DNA from: a virus
Lineage: Duplodnaviria; Caudoviricetes
IMG/VR virus record: IMGVR_UViG_3300031519_003965
Location: 1 to 30,626 of that record
Strand: one strand, 5' to 3'
Length of the DNA stretch: 30,626 nucleotides
In this document: positions 18,716 to 26,715 of the stretch, piece after piece
How positions within the stretch are numbered: position 1 is the stretch's first letter
Layout of the letters: each line of letters opens with the position of its first letter
Made by a program: the position numbers and the translations under genes
Notes under the pieces: generated by a model
The model's database searches: none
Seen by the model: the letters and a program-made list of their open reading frames with translations, nothing else
Told to the model about the DNA's origin: nothing

Positions 18716-18850
18716 TTATTCTCCTAAATAATCATCGACAATCAAAGCTAAAACTTTTGCCATTGATAAACCTGTTTTTTTCTTTAATTTTTTAAGTTTA
18801 TCAAGTGTATCTTGATTTAAACGCATACTTGTTTGTGTTTTTTTATTCAT
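18716..18850 (-). CDS. Ribbon-helix-helix (Arc/CopG-like) DNA-binding protein (44 aa, not in ORF track)
   Basis: MNKKTQTSMRLNQDTLDKLKKLKKKTGLSMAKVLALIVDDYLGE*: beta-strand TSMRL, helix, G-x-S turn, helix. GGGGA SD. Confidence 0.8.
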   Translation of the reverse strand: MNKKTQTSMRLNQDTLDKLKKLKKKTGLSMAKVLALIVDDYLGE

Positions 18851-18879
18851 TTTATTCCCCAATAATTTATGTTGTAAGA

Positions 18880-18908
18880 ATTGTAATCTTTTATTGCATC
18901 AATGTCAA
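18880..18908 (-). promoter_or_regulatory. Sigma70-type promoter for the RHH-...-int operon
   Basis: Minus strand TTGACA (18908-18903), 17 nt, TACAAT (18885-18880). Confidence 0.8.
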
Positions 18909-19336
18909 ATGGTGTATTTTCTAAATATGTCAATAGGAATTAAACAGGCTATCTTTTCTTGGTCATCTCCGCTACCCAATATAGATTGAGATCTTATATT
19001 GTTTATCATGATGCACTCAATAATTTTCTTCGGAGTAATCCAAAATGTTTTTGTGGTTGTTTTTATAATCCAAAAGTCAGCCTCGGTAGTAAGAAGTGCC
19101 GAGGGTTTGCCAAACATAAAGAGCTCAATAAGAATATTCCCAGTGTCTTGGCTTTTATAATCAACCTTAACTTCTACTTTTAAGTTTTTCTCAGGAATAA
19201 ATATGTCGTATGGTTTGAATTTACCCGGAACAAGAACTGCTGTGGGGTATTTTTTTCTTAATGATAAGAGTATTTTGTTTTCTGTTTCTTGACCAATCAA
19301 AAGATCTTTCTTAAAAGCCTCTGATGAGTTTGTCAT
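18905..19336 (-). CDS. PD-(D/E)xK nuclease-superfamily protein
   Basis: G..TE...YDIF....KVEVKVD...TGNILIE motif set. Confidence 0.65.
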   Translation of the reverse strand: MTNSSEAFKKDLLIGQETENKILLSLRKKYPTAVLVPGKFKPYDIFIPEKNLKVEVKVDYKSQDTGNILIELFMFGKPSALLTTEADFWIIKTTTKTFWITPKKIIECIMINNIRSQSILGSGDDQEKIACLIPIDIFRKYTI

Positions 19337-19605
19337 TCTTCTTCGTCTGGCTTTTGTGTAAAGGTTTGTCTTATTTTATAGCCATGAGAAACATTTCTTA
19401 TATTAATATTTTTCCTAACAACCTCTGATAACTCATTCCACTCAAGGATCTCATTATCAAACCTTCCACAAGTTTTGCATCTTGTGTCTCCTAGGGTAGT
19501 GGTGCAAACACCACCAGTACAAGGTGATCCAGAAAGCGATCCCTTTCCTAGAATAGCCGAGAGCCTCTCGAAGTTTGAAAGGCTCTTGTCTATATCATCG
19601 CTCAT
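19333..19605 (-). CDS. DUF1289-family Cys-rich (putative Fe-S/Zn) protein
   Basis: SPCTGGVC......CKTCGR...EI.EW motif. Confidence 0.7.
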   Translation of the reverse strand: MSDDIDKSLSNFERLSAILGKGSLSGSPCTGGVCTTTLGDTRCKTCGRFDNEILEWNELSEVVRKNINIRNVSHGYKIRQTFTQKPDEEE

Positions 19606-19904
19606 TACGATTCTTTTGTAGGCTCTTCTGTAAGAGTTTCTTCAACAACAGCCTCTTCAACCGCTTCTTTAAGAACCTCATAGCCTCCCTTTGGAAGTAA
19701 TGATACAAGCTTATCAGAATCTACAGCAGCACCTATCTGGATTAGTCTTATGACCTCACCGAGAAAGGGTTGAATGTTATTCTTATAGTATTGTATTGAA
19801 GCAACACTTCTATTAGCCTCTTCTGAAAGAGTCTCTAAAGGAAAAGACCTCATCTCACCACCAACGTTAATTACTACAGTTGGTTTTTTATTTTCTTCTG
19901 TCAT
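19605..19904 (-). CDS. Hypothetical protein
   Basis: 99-aa ORF with AAGGAG SD; coupled to the next gene. Confidence 0.7.
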   Translation of the reverse strand: MTEENKKPTVVINVGGEMRSFPLETLSEEANRSVASIQYYKNNIQPFLGEVIRLIQIGAAVDSDKLVSLLPKGGYEVLKEAVEEAVVEETLTEEPTKES

Positions 19905-19913
19905 GCTATCTCC

Positions 19914-20186
19914 TTAAAATGGTAAATCGTCTTCAACGATTCCAGATGGGAAAACCTCTTCAGACTTTGGTGCTGGTGCTGAAGCACTATAACCCTCTGT
20001 CTTTGGCATTACACTAAAGCTCATTGCAGGAGCTTTTGGATTTGCCCCCGGCTTTCTTGTCCAACCATTCAGGAAGTATTGCTTTCCTTCAACATCTATA
20101 GCCCCAGTAAAGTCTGGTTGTGTTTCTTTTTCTTTCTTATCGTTTTTCCAAATAGATCCACGATTGGTGTTGTCGTACTGTGTCAT
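19914..20186 (-). CDS. Phage single-stranded DNA-binding-like protein
   Basis: YDNTNRGSIWKN..K...QPDFTG.IDV.G..Y.L.GW plus an acidic SSB-like tail EDDLPF; adjacent to exo/ERF. Confidence 0.75.
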   Translation of the reverse strand: MTQYDNTNRGSIWKNDKKEKETQPDFTGAIDVEGKQYFLNGWTRKPGANPKAPAMSFSVMPKTEGYSASAPAPKSEEVFPSGIVEDDLPF

Positions 20187-20188
20187 AT

Positions 20189-20347
20189 TTATTTCTCCTT
20201 GTTAGACCAATCCTCTAAAACTTTATTTACAATATAAGCAACCTTGCGATCATAATATTTATGACCACTAACCTTGCTAACTTTTACAAGCTTATTGTAG
20301 ATATCGCTGTCGATTCTTGAACTAATTGATTTTTTACTATTAGCCAT
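20189..20347 (-). CDS. Second ribbon-helix-helix-like protein (52 aa, not in ORF track)
   Basis: MANSKKSISSRIDSDIYNKLVKVSKVSGHKYYDRKVAYIVNKVLEDWSNKEK*; GGAGGA SD; fills the gap exactly. Confidence 0.65.
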   Translation of the reverse strand: MANSKKSISSRIDSDIYNKLVKVSKVSGHKYYDRKVAYIVNKVLEDWSNKEK

Positions 20348-20348
20348 T

Positions 20349-21296
20349 TTATTCCTCCAGTAGTTTGGTATAAATCCTAGAATCTCCTTCCGATCTGTAA
20401 CTTTCCATTACATCTCTTGGGATCTCCTGATCCTTAACCAATCTGGCGTAGTTTATTCTCCCTCTTGCTTGTGTCATGTGACATTTCACTTGTGAGGTAC
20501 CAAACGCTCCGCCGTGCTTTGCTATTAACAAGGCAGACAGTTCTTTTTTCCTTTCGTCTAGGATAGAAGACCTATCTTTGAGCTGCTTTAGTTCTGTTAA
20601 GACGGATGCCAACTCAGATGTCTCATCATCATCATCAATCGTCTTGTAATTTATTCCGGGTTCTTCTTGATCTTGAGTCCATCTCTCAATATAGTCCGGG
20701 TCTAGTTTTTTTTCGTTATACCAATCCATAAATTCTTTTGCTTTTGGTATATAAACATCAGCCCATTTAGGGTCTCTTTTAATCCACTCTTGGTAGTGCT
20801 CTTCATCGCTATACCATTGAAAGAAAAGCATCTCATCAAGATCCATACACTCTAATGCCATTTGCATTTGGTGCCAGTAGTTTCTTTTTTGCTCTTTAAC
20901 ATCAGTTGCTGGCTTTCCTTGAGGACACTTAACCTCTACAGCAGAAACATTTCCGTTTCTACCCTCTAACATTATTCCGTCTGGGGATATACCCATCCAG
21001 TCATACTTAGGATGCACAACAAAAGATGGTTGTGTAATCTTGTATCCCATGTTTCCCAGTGTGGCTAAAGCCAAAGGCTCGCTGTCTGTTCCGTGTTTCA
21101 TAGCAAAAATTGCAAATTGGTTAAATGGGTCTTGTGTTAAGCCGTTAGCCTCTCTATACATGTCTCTTCCCAAGGAGTCCCATTGGTCTCCCTTAGTCCA
21201 AATACACTCGTGAGCGGTCTTACACATCCTCGTGCCTGTAATTCTATTAGATCTCTGCTTGTGCCAAGCTTCTGTGCCTTGCTGTATCTGTGTCAT
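20349..21296 (-). CDS. YqaJ / lambda-exonuclease family protein
   Basis: QGTEAWHKQR..RITGT, AMKHG..SEP.A, WMGISPDG, VEVKCP and YWHQMQ motifs. Confidence 0.9.
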   Translation of the reverse strand: MTQIQQGTEAWHKQRSNRITGTRMCKTAHECIWTKGDQWDSLGRDMYREANGLTQDPFNQFAIFAMKHGTDSEPLALATLGNMGYKITQPSFVVHPKYDWMGISPDGIMLEGRNGNVSAVEVKCPQGKPATDVKEQKRNYWHQMQMALECMDLDEMLFFQWYSDEEHYQEWIKRDPKWADVYIPKAKEFMDWYNEKKLDPDYIERWTQDQEEPGINYKTIDDDDETSELASVLTELKQLKDRSSILDERKKELSALLIAKHGGAFGTSQVKCHMTQARGRINYARLVKDQEIPRDVMESYRSEGDSRIYTKLLEE

Positions 21297-21913
21297 TATT
21301 TAATTACCTTGCTATATAACAGATTTAGTTGAATTCTAGTTTCTTTATCGTTACTAAGCTCTGCAACCTTGTCATACTGTTGAAAAAGTTTTAATGCCTT
21401 TTCTTTGTCTTTATAGACTTTTCTTAATTCTGTTTTAAATTGCTCTATCATGGAAACTTCTGGTTGATTTGCCTCGGGCTTGGAGTTATTGTCAACACCC
21501 TCAAGCTCTGGCTCAACAACACCCTCGAAAGGTACACAGAATGTTTCAAGCAATGCATTTCTATATGCAAACGATCTTGCAGCCTCTAGGTCTTTTGCTT
21601 GGTTAGACAGGCTGTGCCCAACATAAGACCTGTCAACATAACTTCCGTCCTCTGTGCATAAAAATCTTAGAGTCCCAACAACCCTAGTCAAAGTGTTCTT
21701 TCCATCTAAAAACTTGGTAGAAACATTAAGATCTGGTTGGACTATTGTAAGAATCTTGTTCTCATAAAGTGGTTTAGAAAAAGATTGTATAATCTGATCT
21801 ATGCCCCTGTAGTTATATTTTTGGTAACTATTAACACCCTCTTTAGCGATAGGGTTAACCACCATGTATTCTTGTACGTTCTGTAAAGCTTCGTATATTT
21901 TTTCTTTTGCCAT
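21296..21913 (-). CDS. ERF-family single-strand annealing protein
   Basis: IAKEGVN..QKYNYRGID, DGS......GHS..AKD..AARSFAYRNAL...F motifs; paired with the exonuclease. Confidence 0.8.
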   Translation of the reverse strand: MAKEKIYEALQNVQEYMVVNPIAKEGVNSYQKYNYRGIDQIIQSFSKPLYENKILTIVQPDLNVSTKFLDGKNTLTRVVGTLRFLCTEDGSYVDRSYVGHSLSNQAKDLEAARSFAYRNALLETFCVPFEGVVEPELEGVDNNSKPEANQPEVSMIEQFKTELRKVYKDKEKALKLFQQYDKVAELSNDKETRIQLNLLYSKVIK

Positions 21914-21933
21914 AATTATATCTCCTTGGAATG

Positions 21934-21962
21934 ATTGTAAACTTTATATTTTCTTATAGCAA
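21934..21962 (-). promoter_or_regulatory. Leftward sigma70-type promoter for the recombination arm
   Basis: Minus strand TTGCTA (21962-21957), 17 nt, TACAAT (21939-21934), followed by the AAGGAG SD of ERF. Confidence 0.7.
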
Positions 21963-22014
21963 GTCTTTACAATAATTATTTTTTAAGGTTAAATAGAATC
22001 TCACGAGGGAAAAT

Positions 22015-22647
22015 ATGTCGTTAGAATACATCACAAAAGTTTTAAGAGTTGAGGTCAACTCTACGCAAAAGCTTATATTAATAGTGCTAGCCAACTACTC
22101 AGATGAGTTTGGTCAGTCATATCCATCACACAGAAAACTAACAGAGCTAACCAATTTATCCTTAACGGCAATTAAAGATAACTTAAAAAAATTAAAAGAT
22201 CTGGGTTTGTTGGATTGGGATAAAAGAAATAATACAAGCAATCTTTATAAATTAAAGGTGTCGCCGTCAGGTGGCTACCCCCCGCCGTCAGGTGGCTACA
22301 ATACTAAAGGTTATACTAAACAAATATATATATTAGATTTGGATAGGATGAATGAAATTTTTAAAGAGCAATGTGACAAGGTGTTTTATCAACATAGTGC
22401 TAATTCATTTAAAGCAAATGCAAGATGGAAAGAGCTGCGTGAATTGGGGAGAAAAGGAATAATCTCACCAAAGACAGGTAACAAGGTAGACCTATCAACA
22501 GAAGAGTTTTGGTATAAGTATTTTGAGATAGCAAATTCAGAGGGTCATAAGAAGTGGATTAGATCATTCTGGGATAAGAAGCCAAGCCTTATGACAATGA
22601 TAGGACTAAATCAATTTGAATCAATTATAGAGAGAAGGTATGGATGA
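22015..22647 (+). CDS. Phage replication initiator (N-terminal HTH)
   Basis: KLILIVLANYSD..GQSYPSHRKL...TNLS..AIK..LK.L.DLGL...NTSNLY; directly upstream of DnaB; contains iterons. Confidence 0.85.
   Translation: MSLEYITKVLRVEVNSTQKLILIVLANYSDEFGQSYPSHRKLTELTNLSLTAIKDNLKKLKDLGLLDWDKRNNTSNLYKLKVSPSGGYPPPSGGYNTKGYTKQIYILDLDRMNEIFKEQCDKVFYQHSANSFKANARWKELRELGRKGIISPKTGNKVDLSTEEFWYKYFEIANSEGHKKWIRSFWDKKPSLMTMIGLNQFESIIERRYG
22262..22340 (+). repeat. Putative replication origin: two 17-bp iterons plus an AT-rich tract
   Basis: CGCCGTCAGGTGGCTAC at 22262-22278 and 22283-22299 (21-bp period), then ATACTAAA twice and an ATATATATATT tract, in the initiator's linker region as in lambda O. Confidence 0.75.
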
Positions 22648-23944
22648 GATATACGAATTAGAGGCAAACATATTAGGGTCTATGATTTTAGACTACAAGA
22701 GGTTTCAAAGCGGTCAAGAAAAAGGGTTGGTGCCTGATGATTTTGAGGTCAACTCTTATCGGAGGGCTTACGAAATAATGTTAGAGGAAAATGCTAATGA
22801 CATTGTTACCATTAGAAGCAACCTAGAAAATGACGAGGTATTTAGAGAGGTACAACATGCTACGGCACACTGTATTAGTTCGGCAGGTTTTGATGGTTGG
22901 CTAACCCTAATTCAAAACAAATCATCCAATAATAAGTTATTAAGATTGGCGGAAGAGATACCTAGGATTGTTGGAGAGAAACTTAATATATCTGAGAAAA
23001 TTGACAGGGTTAATCAGTTACTCATTGACAACAAGATAACCAAGAACAACGGTTCTCCAAGAGAGGTGAAAGATATCTTGGAGATAGTCCATCAAGAATT
23101 AAGAAATGCTGGAACCAATTTACAAAACATAGTCAAAACAGGTTTTGGTCAGATAGATAAAAAGATAAGAGGCTTTAAACCGGGTGACTTAGTGATAGTG
23201 GCAGGAAGACCCGGAATGGGTAAAACCACATGGGCTTTAAACGTAGCAACGAATAATATATTTGATGGTAAAAATGTATTAATCTTTAGTCTTGAAATGA
23301 CCAACGAACAACTTATAAAAAAGATAGTTAGTTCCGAGTCAGGCATATCTATTGATAAGATGGATAGTGGAAATCTTACCCCTTCGGATTGGAAACTCTT
23401 TGAGCAAATAAAAGAAAAGCTTTCTGGCTCAAACCTTTATGTGTATGACAAGTCGCCAATAACGATTGAGACACTGGTAAATAAAACCAAGGCAATACAA
23501 TCCGTAAAACAAATAGACTTGATAGTCGTGGATTATTTACAACTCTTGATGACAACAAGTAAAGCACCAGCTGGGTCAGATAATAGGACGGCTTCTATGA
23601 CTTACATATCAAATCTTTTAAAGGGATTAGCTAAGGAAGTGGGGTGTCCTGTTATATCTTTATCTCAGCTAAATCGTGGTGTTGAGTCAAGACCTGACAA
23701 GCGTCCTTTACTTTCAGACTTAAGAGACTCCGGGTCTATAGAACAAGACGCTGATATGGTTATAATGTTATATAGAGCAGACTATTATGATTCGTTAGAT
23801 ACAGGATTGTCTGAAATTATAGTTAAGAAAAACAGGATGGGTGAAATGGGAACTTTTGAATTAAGTTTTGATGGAGCTCTATCTAAATTTATTGACCCAG
23901 AGGACGTGGCTTTTGGGAGGAAAAAAGAATATGGACCAATCTGA
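22640..23944 (+). CDS. dnaB: Replicative DNA helicase, DnaB family
   Basis: Walker A AGRPGMGKT, FSLEM, VVDYLQL, SLSQLNR and DLRDSGSIEQDAD. Confidence 0.96.
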   Translation: MDEIYELEANILGSMILDYKRFQSGQEKGLVPDDFEVNSYRRAYEIMLEENANDIVTIRSNLENDEVFREVQHATAHCISSAGFDGWLTLIQNKSSNNKLLRLAEEIPRIVGEKLNISEKIDRVNQLLIDNKITKNNGSPREVKDILEIVHQELRNAGTNLQNIVKTGFGQIDKKIRGFKPGDLVIVAGRPGMGKTTWALNVATNNIFDGKNVLIFSLEMTNEQLIKKIVSSESGISIDKMDSGNLTPSDWKLFEQIKEKLSGSNLYVYDKSPITIETLVNKTKAIQSVKQIDLIVVDYLQLLMTTSKAPAGSDNRTASMTYISNLLKGLAKEVGCPVISLSQLNRGVESRPDKRPLLSDLRDSGSIEQDADMVIMLYRADYYDSLDTGLSEIIVKKNRMGEMGTFELSFDGALSKFIDPEDVAFGRKKEYGPI

Positions 23945-24266
23945 GAATTTTCATGAACAACTAAGGGCGATCATCCCAAAAATATCTGAGACTAGAATTA
24001 ACGTTCTTAAATCAGAGGTAAATCTTAAAAGAGTTTTCTGGAAAGAGCTATGCCTTGCTAAAGAAGAAGGAGAGCGTAGCTATAACTCACAGAAATCTAA
24101 GGCTGAGGCAACTGACGAGTACGCACACGCCTCTATGAAGGTAGCCGTTGCCAAGGCATCACTTGACGCATTGCAGACCGAGAAACTTGCAGTGGATATG
24201 CAGTTCGAGGAATGGAGAACCAAGATGGCTAACCTAAGGACGGAGAGGAATAGATATGGGGCATGA
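23931..24266 (+). CDS. Helical hypothetical protein (probable start 23931)
   Basis: GGGAGG upstream of ATG 23931; coiled-coil character ending FEEWRTKMANLR. Confidence 0.65.
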   Translation: MDQSENFHEQLRAIIPKISETRINVLKSEVNLKRVFWKELCLAKEEGERSYNSQKSKAEATDEYAHASMKVAVAKASLDALQTEKLAVDMQFEEWRTKMANLRTERNRYGA

Positions 24267-24414
24267 TAACTTTAAAGAATTTTGTAAGATGATGTATGCA
24301 GAGTGTAGTTCTGAAAGAAGGAAATACGGCGAGGACGTTATTTCATTTGAGGATTATGTAAAAGAAAACAACAAAATGTTATTGAAAGAGTATGAAGGGC
24401 AGATCACCCAATAA
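24256..24414 (+). CDS. Small hypothetical protein (52 aa, not in ORF track)
   Basis: MGHDNFKEFCKMMYAECSSERRKYGEDVISFEDYVKENNKMLLKEYEGQITQ*; GGAGAGG SD. Confidence 0.6.
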   Translation: MGHDNFKEFCKMMYAECSSERRKYGEDVISFEDYVKENNKMLLKEYEGQITQ

Positions 24415-24685
24415 AGAGGAGAGGACTTGGATGGACTCTGTAGCTAATTTTGGATGCATAGTCTGTCATTTATTTCATGAGTGCTATTCTCCGTCAGAGG
24501 TTCATCACATTGACGGAAAAACAAAACCCAATGCACATCTAAACACAATAGGATTATGTTTCAGGCATCACCGGGAAGGTGCTAACAATGACATGTATGT
24601 TTCCAGACACCCATTTAGGTATGAGTTTGAGGAAAGGTATGGGACTCAGGAAGAGTTATTAAAAAAAACCAAGGAGCTAATTTGA
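24392..24685 (+). CDS. Ref-like (recombination enhancement) HNH nuclease
   Basis: MKGRSP...GCIVC....EVHHIDG....AH..TIGLCFRHHR...FEERYGTQEELL. Confidence 0.8.
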   Translation: MKGRSPNKEERTWMDSVANFGCIVCHLFHECYSPSEVHHIDGKTKPNAHLNTIGLCFRHHREGANNDMYVSRHPFRYEFEERYGTQEELLKKTKELI

Positions 24686-24686
24686 A

Positions 24687-24812
24687 ATGGGCAAAGGATC
24701 ACTAAGAAGAAAGACGCAGGTTGACCAAAAGACTATGCAGGATAATTGGGATAAGATTTTTAACAAAAAAAAGAAGGAGCAAGAATGCCAAAAGCCAAAA
24801 AAGAAAAAATAG
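24687..24812 (+). CDS. Small basic phage protein (41 aa, not in ORF track)
   Basis: MGKGSLRRKTQVDQKTMQDNWDKIFNKKKKEQECQKPKKKK*; AAGGAG upstream. Confidence 0.6.
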   Translation: MGKGSLRRKTQVDQKTMQDNWDKIFNKKKKEQECQKPKKKK

Positions 24813-25078
24813 ATTACAAATACAATGAAGGAGAGTTGATTAAACAATTCGCTGAGTATGTAGATGGGACTTATAAACAGCACTACTCGTTAAATAAGTT
24901 CCAAGCCACTGAATTCATAATGGATAGTGGTCATGGTGAAGGTTTTTGCATGGGCAATGTTATGAAATATGCACAGAGGTATGGCAAGAAGGAGGGCAAG
25001 AACCGGGCTGACATTCTTAAGGTTATTCACTACGGCTTCTTTGCACTATACAACCACGATACCTATAACAGCAAGTGA
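24785..25078 (+). CDS. DUF3310-family protein (T7 gp1.7 nucleotide kinase-like)
   Basis: QHYS..FQ..EFI.....GFCMGNVMKYAQRYGKK.G...DILK..HY. Confidence 0.75.
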   Translation: MPKAKKEKIDYKYNEGELIKQFAEYVDGTYKQHYSLNKFQATEFIMDSGHGEGFCMGNVMKYAQRYGKKEGKNRADILKVIHYGFFALYNHDTYNSK

Positions 25079-25398
25079 AGCATAGGACTCATTTCGGTGA
25101 TATAGATACTCTTACCTACGCTGATAAGATTGGAAAAATTAAGTCACAAAAAATTAGAGAGGCTTATTTGTCAGATGTTGATGATAAATTTCACGATATG
25201 TTGTATCTTTTAGCTATGCAGATGGGAATCTCTAAGACCATTGCCAACCTCCCAAATCGGGGGGAAAGAAAAAAAGCATGGCAAGAGTTACCTGAGCACA
25301 CTAGGGCGTTAAAGAGCATGAAACAAATGGTCTATAACAGGGTAGTAACAATGCATAAGGAGAGACTAAAAGATGAGCTTGTATGGAAATATCAATAA
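25075..25398 (+). CDS. Hypothetical protein
   Basis: 107-aa ORF with GTGA overlap to the previous gene. Confidence 0.6.
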   Translation: MKHRTHFGDIDTLTYADKIGKIKSQKIREAYLSDVDDKFHDMLYLLAMQMGISKTIANLPNRGERKKAWQELPEHTRALKSMKQMVYNRVVTMHKERLKDELVWKYQ

Positions 25399-25504
25399 AA
25401 GAAAAAAAGCAGGAACTAGTAGAACTAAAAAGAACTCTACCATTTCTGAAAAGTCTTACAAAGCAATGAAGTCTGGATTTAAAAAGTCAAAAAAGAAAAA
25501 GTAA
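25373..25504 (+). CDS. Small lysine-rich protein (43 aa, not in ORF track)
   Basis: MSLYGNINKRKKAGTSRTKKNSTISEKSYKAMKSGFKKSKKKK*; AAGGAG upstream. Confidence 0.65.
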   Translation: MSLYGNINKRKKAGTSRTKKNSTISEKSYKAMKSGFKKSKKKK

Positions 25505-25531
25505 TTATGCCAAAGGGCAGGGCTTGTTAAT

Positions 25532-25705
25532 ATGAAAGGCATGAAACATTATAAAAAAGATGGGACCGAACACAAAGGCAGCTCTCATAAAATGCCTAAT
25601 GGAAGTTTACATACAAATAAATCACACACTAAAACAAGTGTAAAACTTTTCCACCTTAACGAGCTGGGTAAAAAGGCAAAGTTAAAAGCTAAGGGTAAAA
25701 AATAA
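25532..25705 (+). CDS. Small Lys/His-rich protein (57 aa, not in ORF track)
   Basis: MKGMKHYKKDGTEHKGSSHKMPNGSLHTNKSHTKTSVKLFHLNELGKKAKLKAKGKK*; TAATG coupling to the next ORF. Confidence 0.65.
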   Translation: MKGMKHYKKDGTEHKGSSHKMPNGSLHTNKSHTKTSVKLFHLNELGKKAKLKAKGKK

Positions 25706-25836
25706 TGATAGGCAAATTGTTCGATAGGTTTGTTGAGTGGTCTCTTAAAAGAAACGCAGAGAACATCAACAAGAAGGCAAAAACAAAACCCAAACCTTCT
25801 AGGGTTCGCAGGAAAGCAAACACAAAAAGAAAATAG
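25705..25836 (+). CDS. Small basic protein (43 aa, not in ORF track)
   Basis: MIGKLFDRFVEWSLKRNAENINKKAKTKPKPSRVRRKANTKRK*. Confidence 0.55.
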   Translation: MIGKLFDRFVEWSLKRNAENINKKAKTKPKPSRVRRKANTKRK

Positions 25837-25838
25837 TC

Positions 25839-26186
25839 ATGGCTACAACCAAAGATACAAAAAGAATCTCAGGCGGAGTTGTCTATAGAGGAAAGAAATT
25901 TCCGGGTTTTAATAAACCCAAAAGAAATAGCGGTTCAAGTAAGCATAAGATGGAGGTTCTTGCTAAGAAAGGTAATGAGATTAAAGTCGTTAAATTTGGT
26001 CACAAGGACTATGGTCATAATTATTCTGGTGAAGCTAGGGACAATTACCTTAAGCGATCCGCTGGAATCAAGAACAAATCAGGTGGGCTTACGAAGGATG
26101 ATAAGTTCTCTGCGAACCATTGGGCTAGAAAAGTTCTCTGGGCAGGTTCCGGGGGAAAGAAAAAAAGCCCTCCCAAAAAATCATAG
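25839..26186 (+). CDS. Basic hypothetical phage protein
   Basis: GFNKPKR...K..VLAK.G..IK.VKFG...Y....R...KFSANHWARK.LW; family recalled from aquatic phages, function unknown. Confidence 0.75.
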   Translation: MATTKDTKRISGGVVYRGKKFPGFNKPKRNSGSSKHKMEVLAKKGNEIKVVKFGHKDYGHNYSGEARDNYLKRSAGIKNKSGGLTKDDKFSANHWARKVLWAGSGGKKKSPPKKS

Positions 26187-26210
26187 GTGAATTAATGACC
26201 AATATCGTTT

Positions 26211-26390
26211 ATGATAATAGGTGTGATTTTATACAGTGAACATGAATTGCGTACTGCCTATAGGAAATACGTTGCCACGTTCAGAGAAACCCCTAACCTA
26301 ACCATACCAAACCTTAAAGAATTCAGAGAAATCTATGAGGAGTATTGGTACTACTACTTTAACGATGAGCAGAAAGGAAGAACTCACTAG
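26211..26390 (+). CDS. Small hypothetical protein (up to 59 aa, not in ORF track; start uncertain)
   Basis: [59 protein letters not shown]. Confidence 0.55.
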   Translation: MIIGVILYSEHELRTAYRKYVATFRETPNLTIPNLKEFREIYEEYWYYYFNDEQKGRTH

Positions 26391-26562
26391 CCTCTTTAAA
26401 GAGAAAGGCTACGAAAGGGTTTCATTAAGATGGATCCCCTCAACTCCCTACGGCAAAAAACATAAACTATCTGGTTGGATTTATAAAATATCCGGGGAGA
26501 CTGAATGGGCTGTGCTTGGTAAGAACTTTGAAGCTTCCTCAAGAGCAATAGATTTACTTTAG
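26365..26562 (+). CDS. Hypothetical protein (probable start 26365)
   Basis: [11 protein letters not shown]...; last gene of the rightward arm, converging on a leftward unit. Confidence 0.55.
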   Translation: MSRKEELTSLFKEKGYERVSLRWIPSTPYGKKHKLSGWIYKISGETEWAVLGKNFEASSRAIDLL

Positions 26563-26715
26563 TTTAGTCTTTTTTCTCTCAGGCTCTTCGTAGGTTGTAT
26601 ATCTTTTCCCACAAACCTCTGATAGACACTCCCTTCTTCTTTTTAAAACAGTGCCGTCAACAAACTTCCTTACATCAACAACCTTGGTATCCGTTCCACA
26701 TTCATAACAAAGCAT
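26554..26715 (-). CDS. Stand-alone NrdR-like N-terminal Zn-ribbon protein (53 aa, not in ORF track)
   Basis: [53 protein letters not shown] matches the NrdR pattern MxCxxC..TKVxDxR......RRRxC..C..R(F/Y)TT(F/Y)E; TAATG coupling. Confidence 0.85.
   Translation of the reverse strand: MLCYECGTDTKVVDVRKFVDGTVLKRRRECLSEVCGKRYTTYEEPERKKTKLK

Noticed and set aside
21914-22014. CRP box (TGTGA-N6-TCACA) linking the cyclase to phage promoters
   Set aside because: No convincing match was seen here or at the other two promoters; a PWM scan would be needed.
24775-24787. AGGAGCAAGAATG before DUF3310, resembling the junction repeat
   Set aside because: Mostly explained by an ordinary SD plus spacer; isolated and on the opposite strand.
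25879-26190. Alternative-frame 103-aa ORF overlapping 25839-26186
   Set aside because: Fully overlaps a better-supported gene and has no RBS or recognisable motif.
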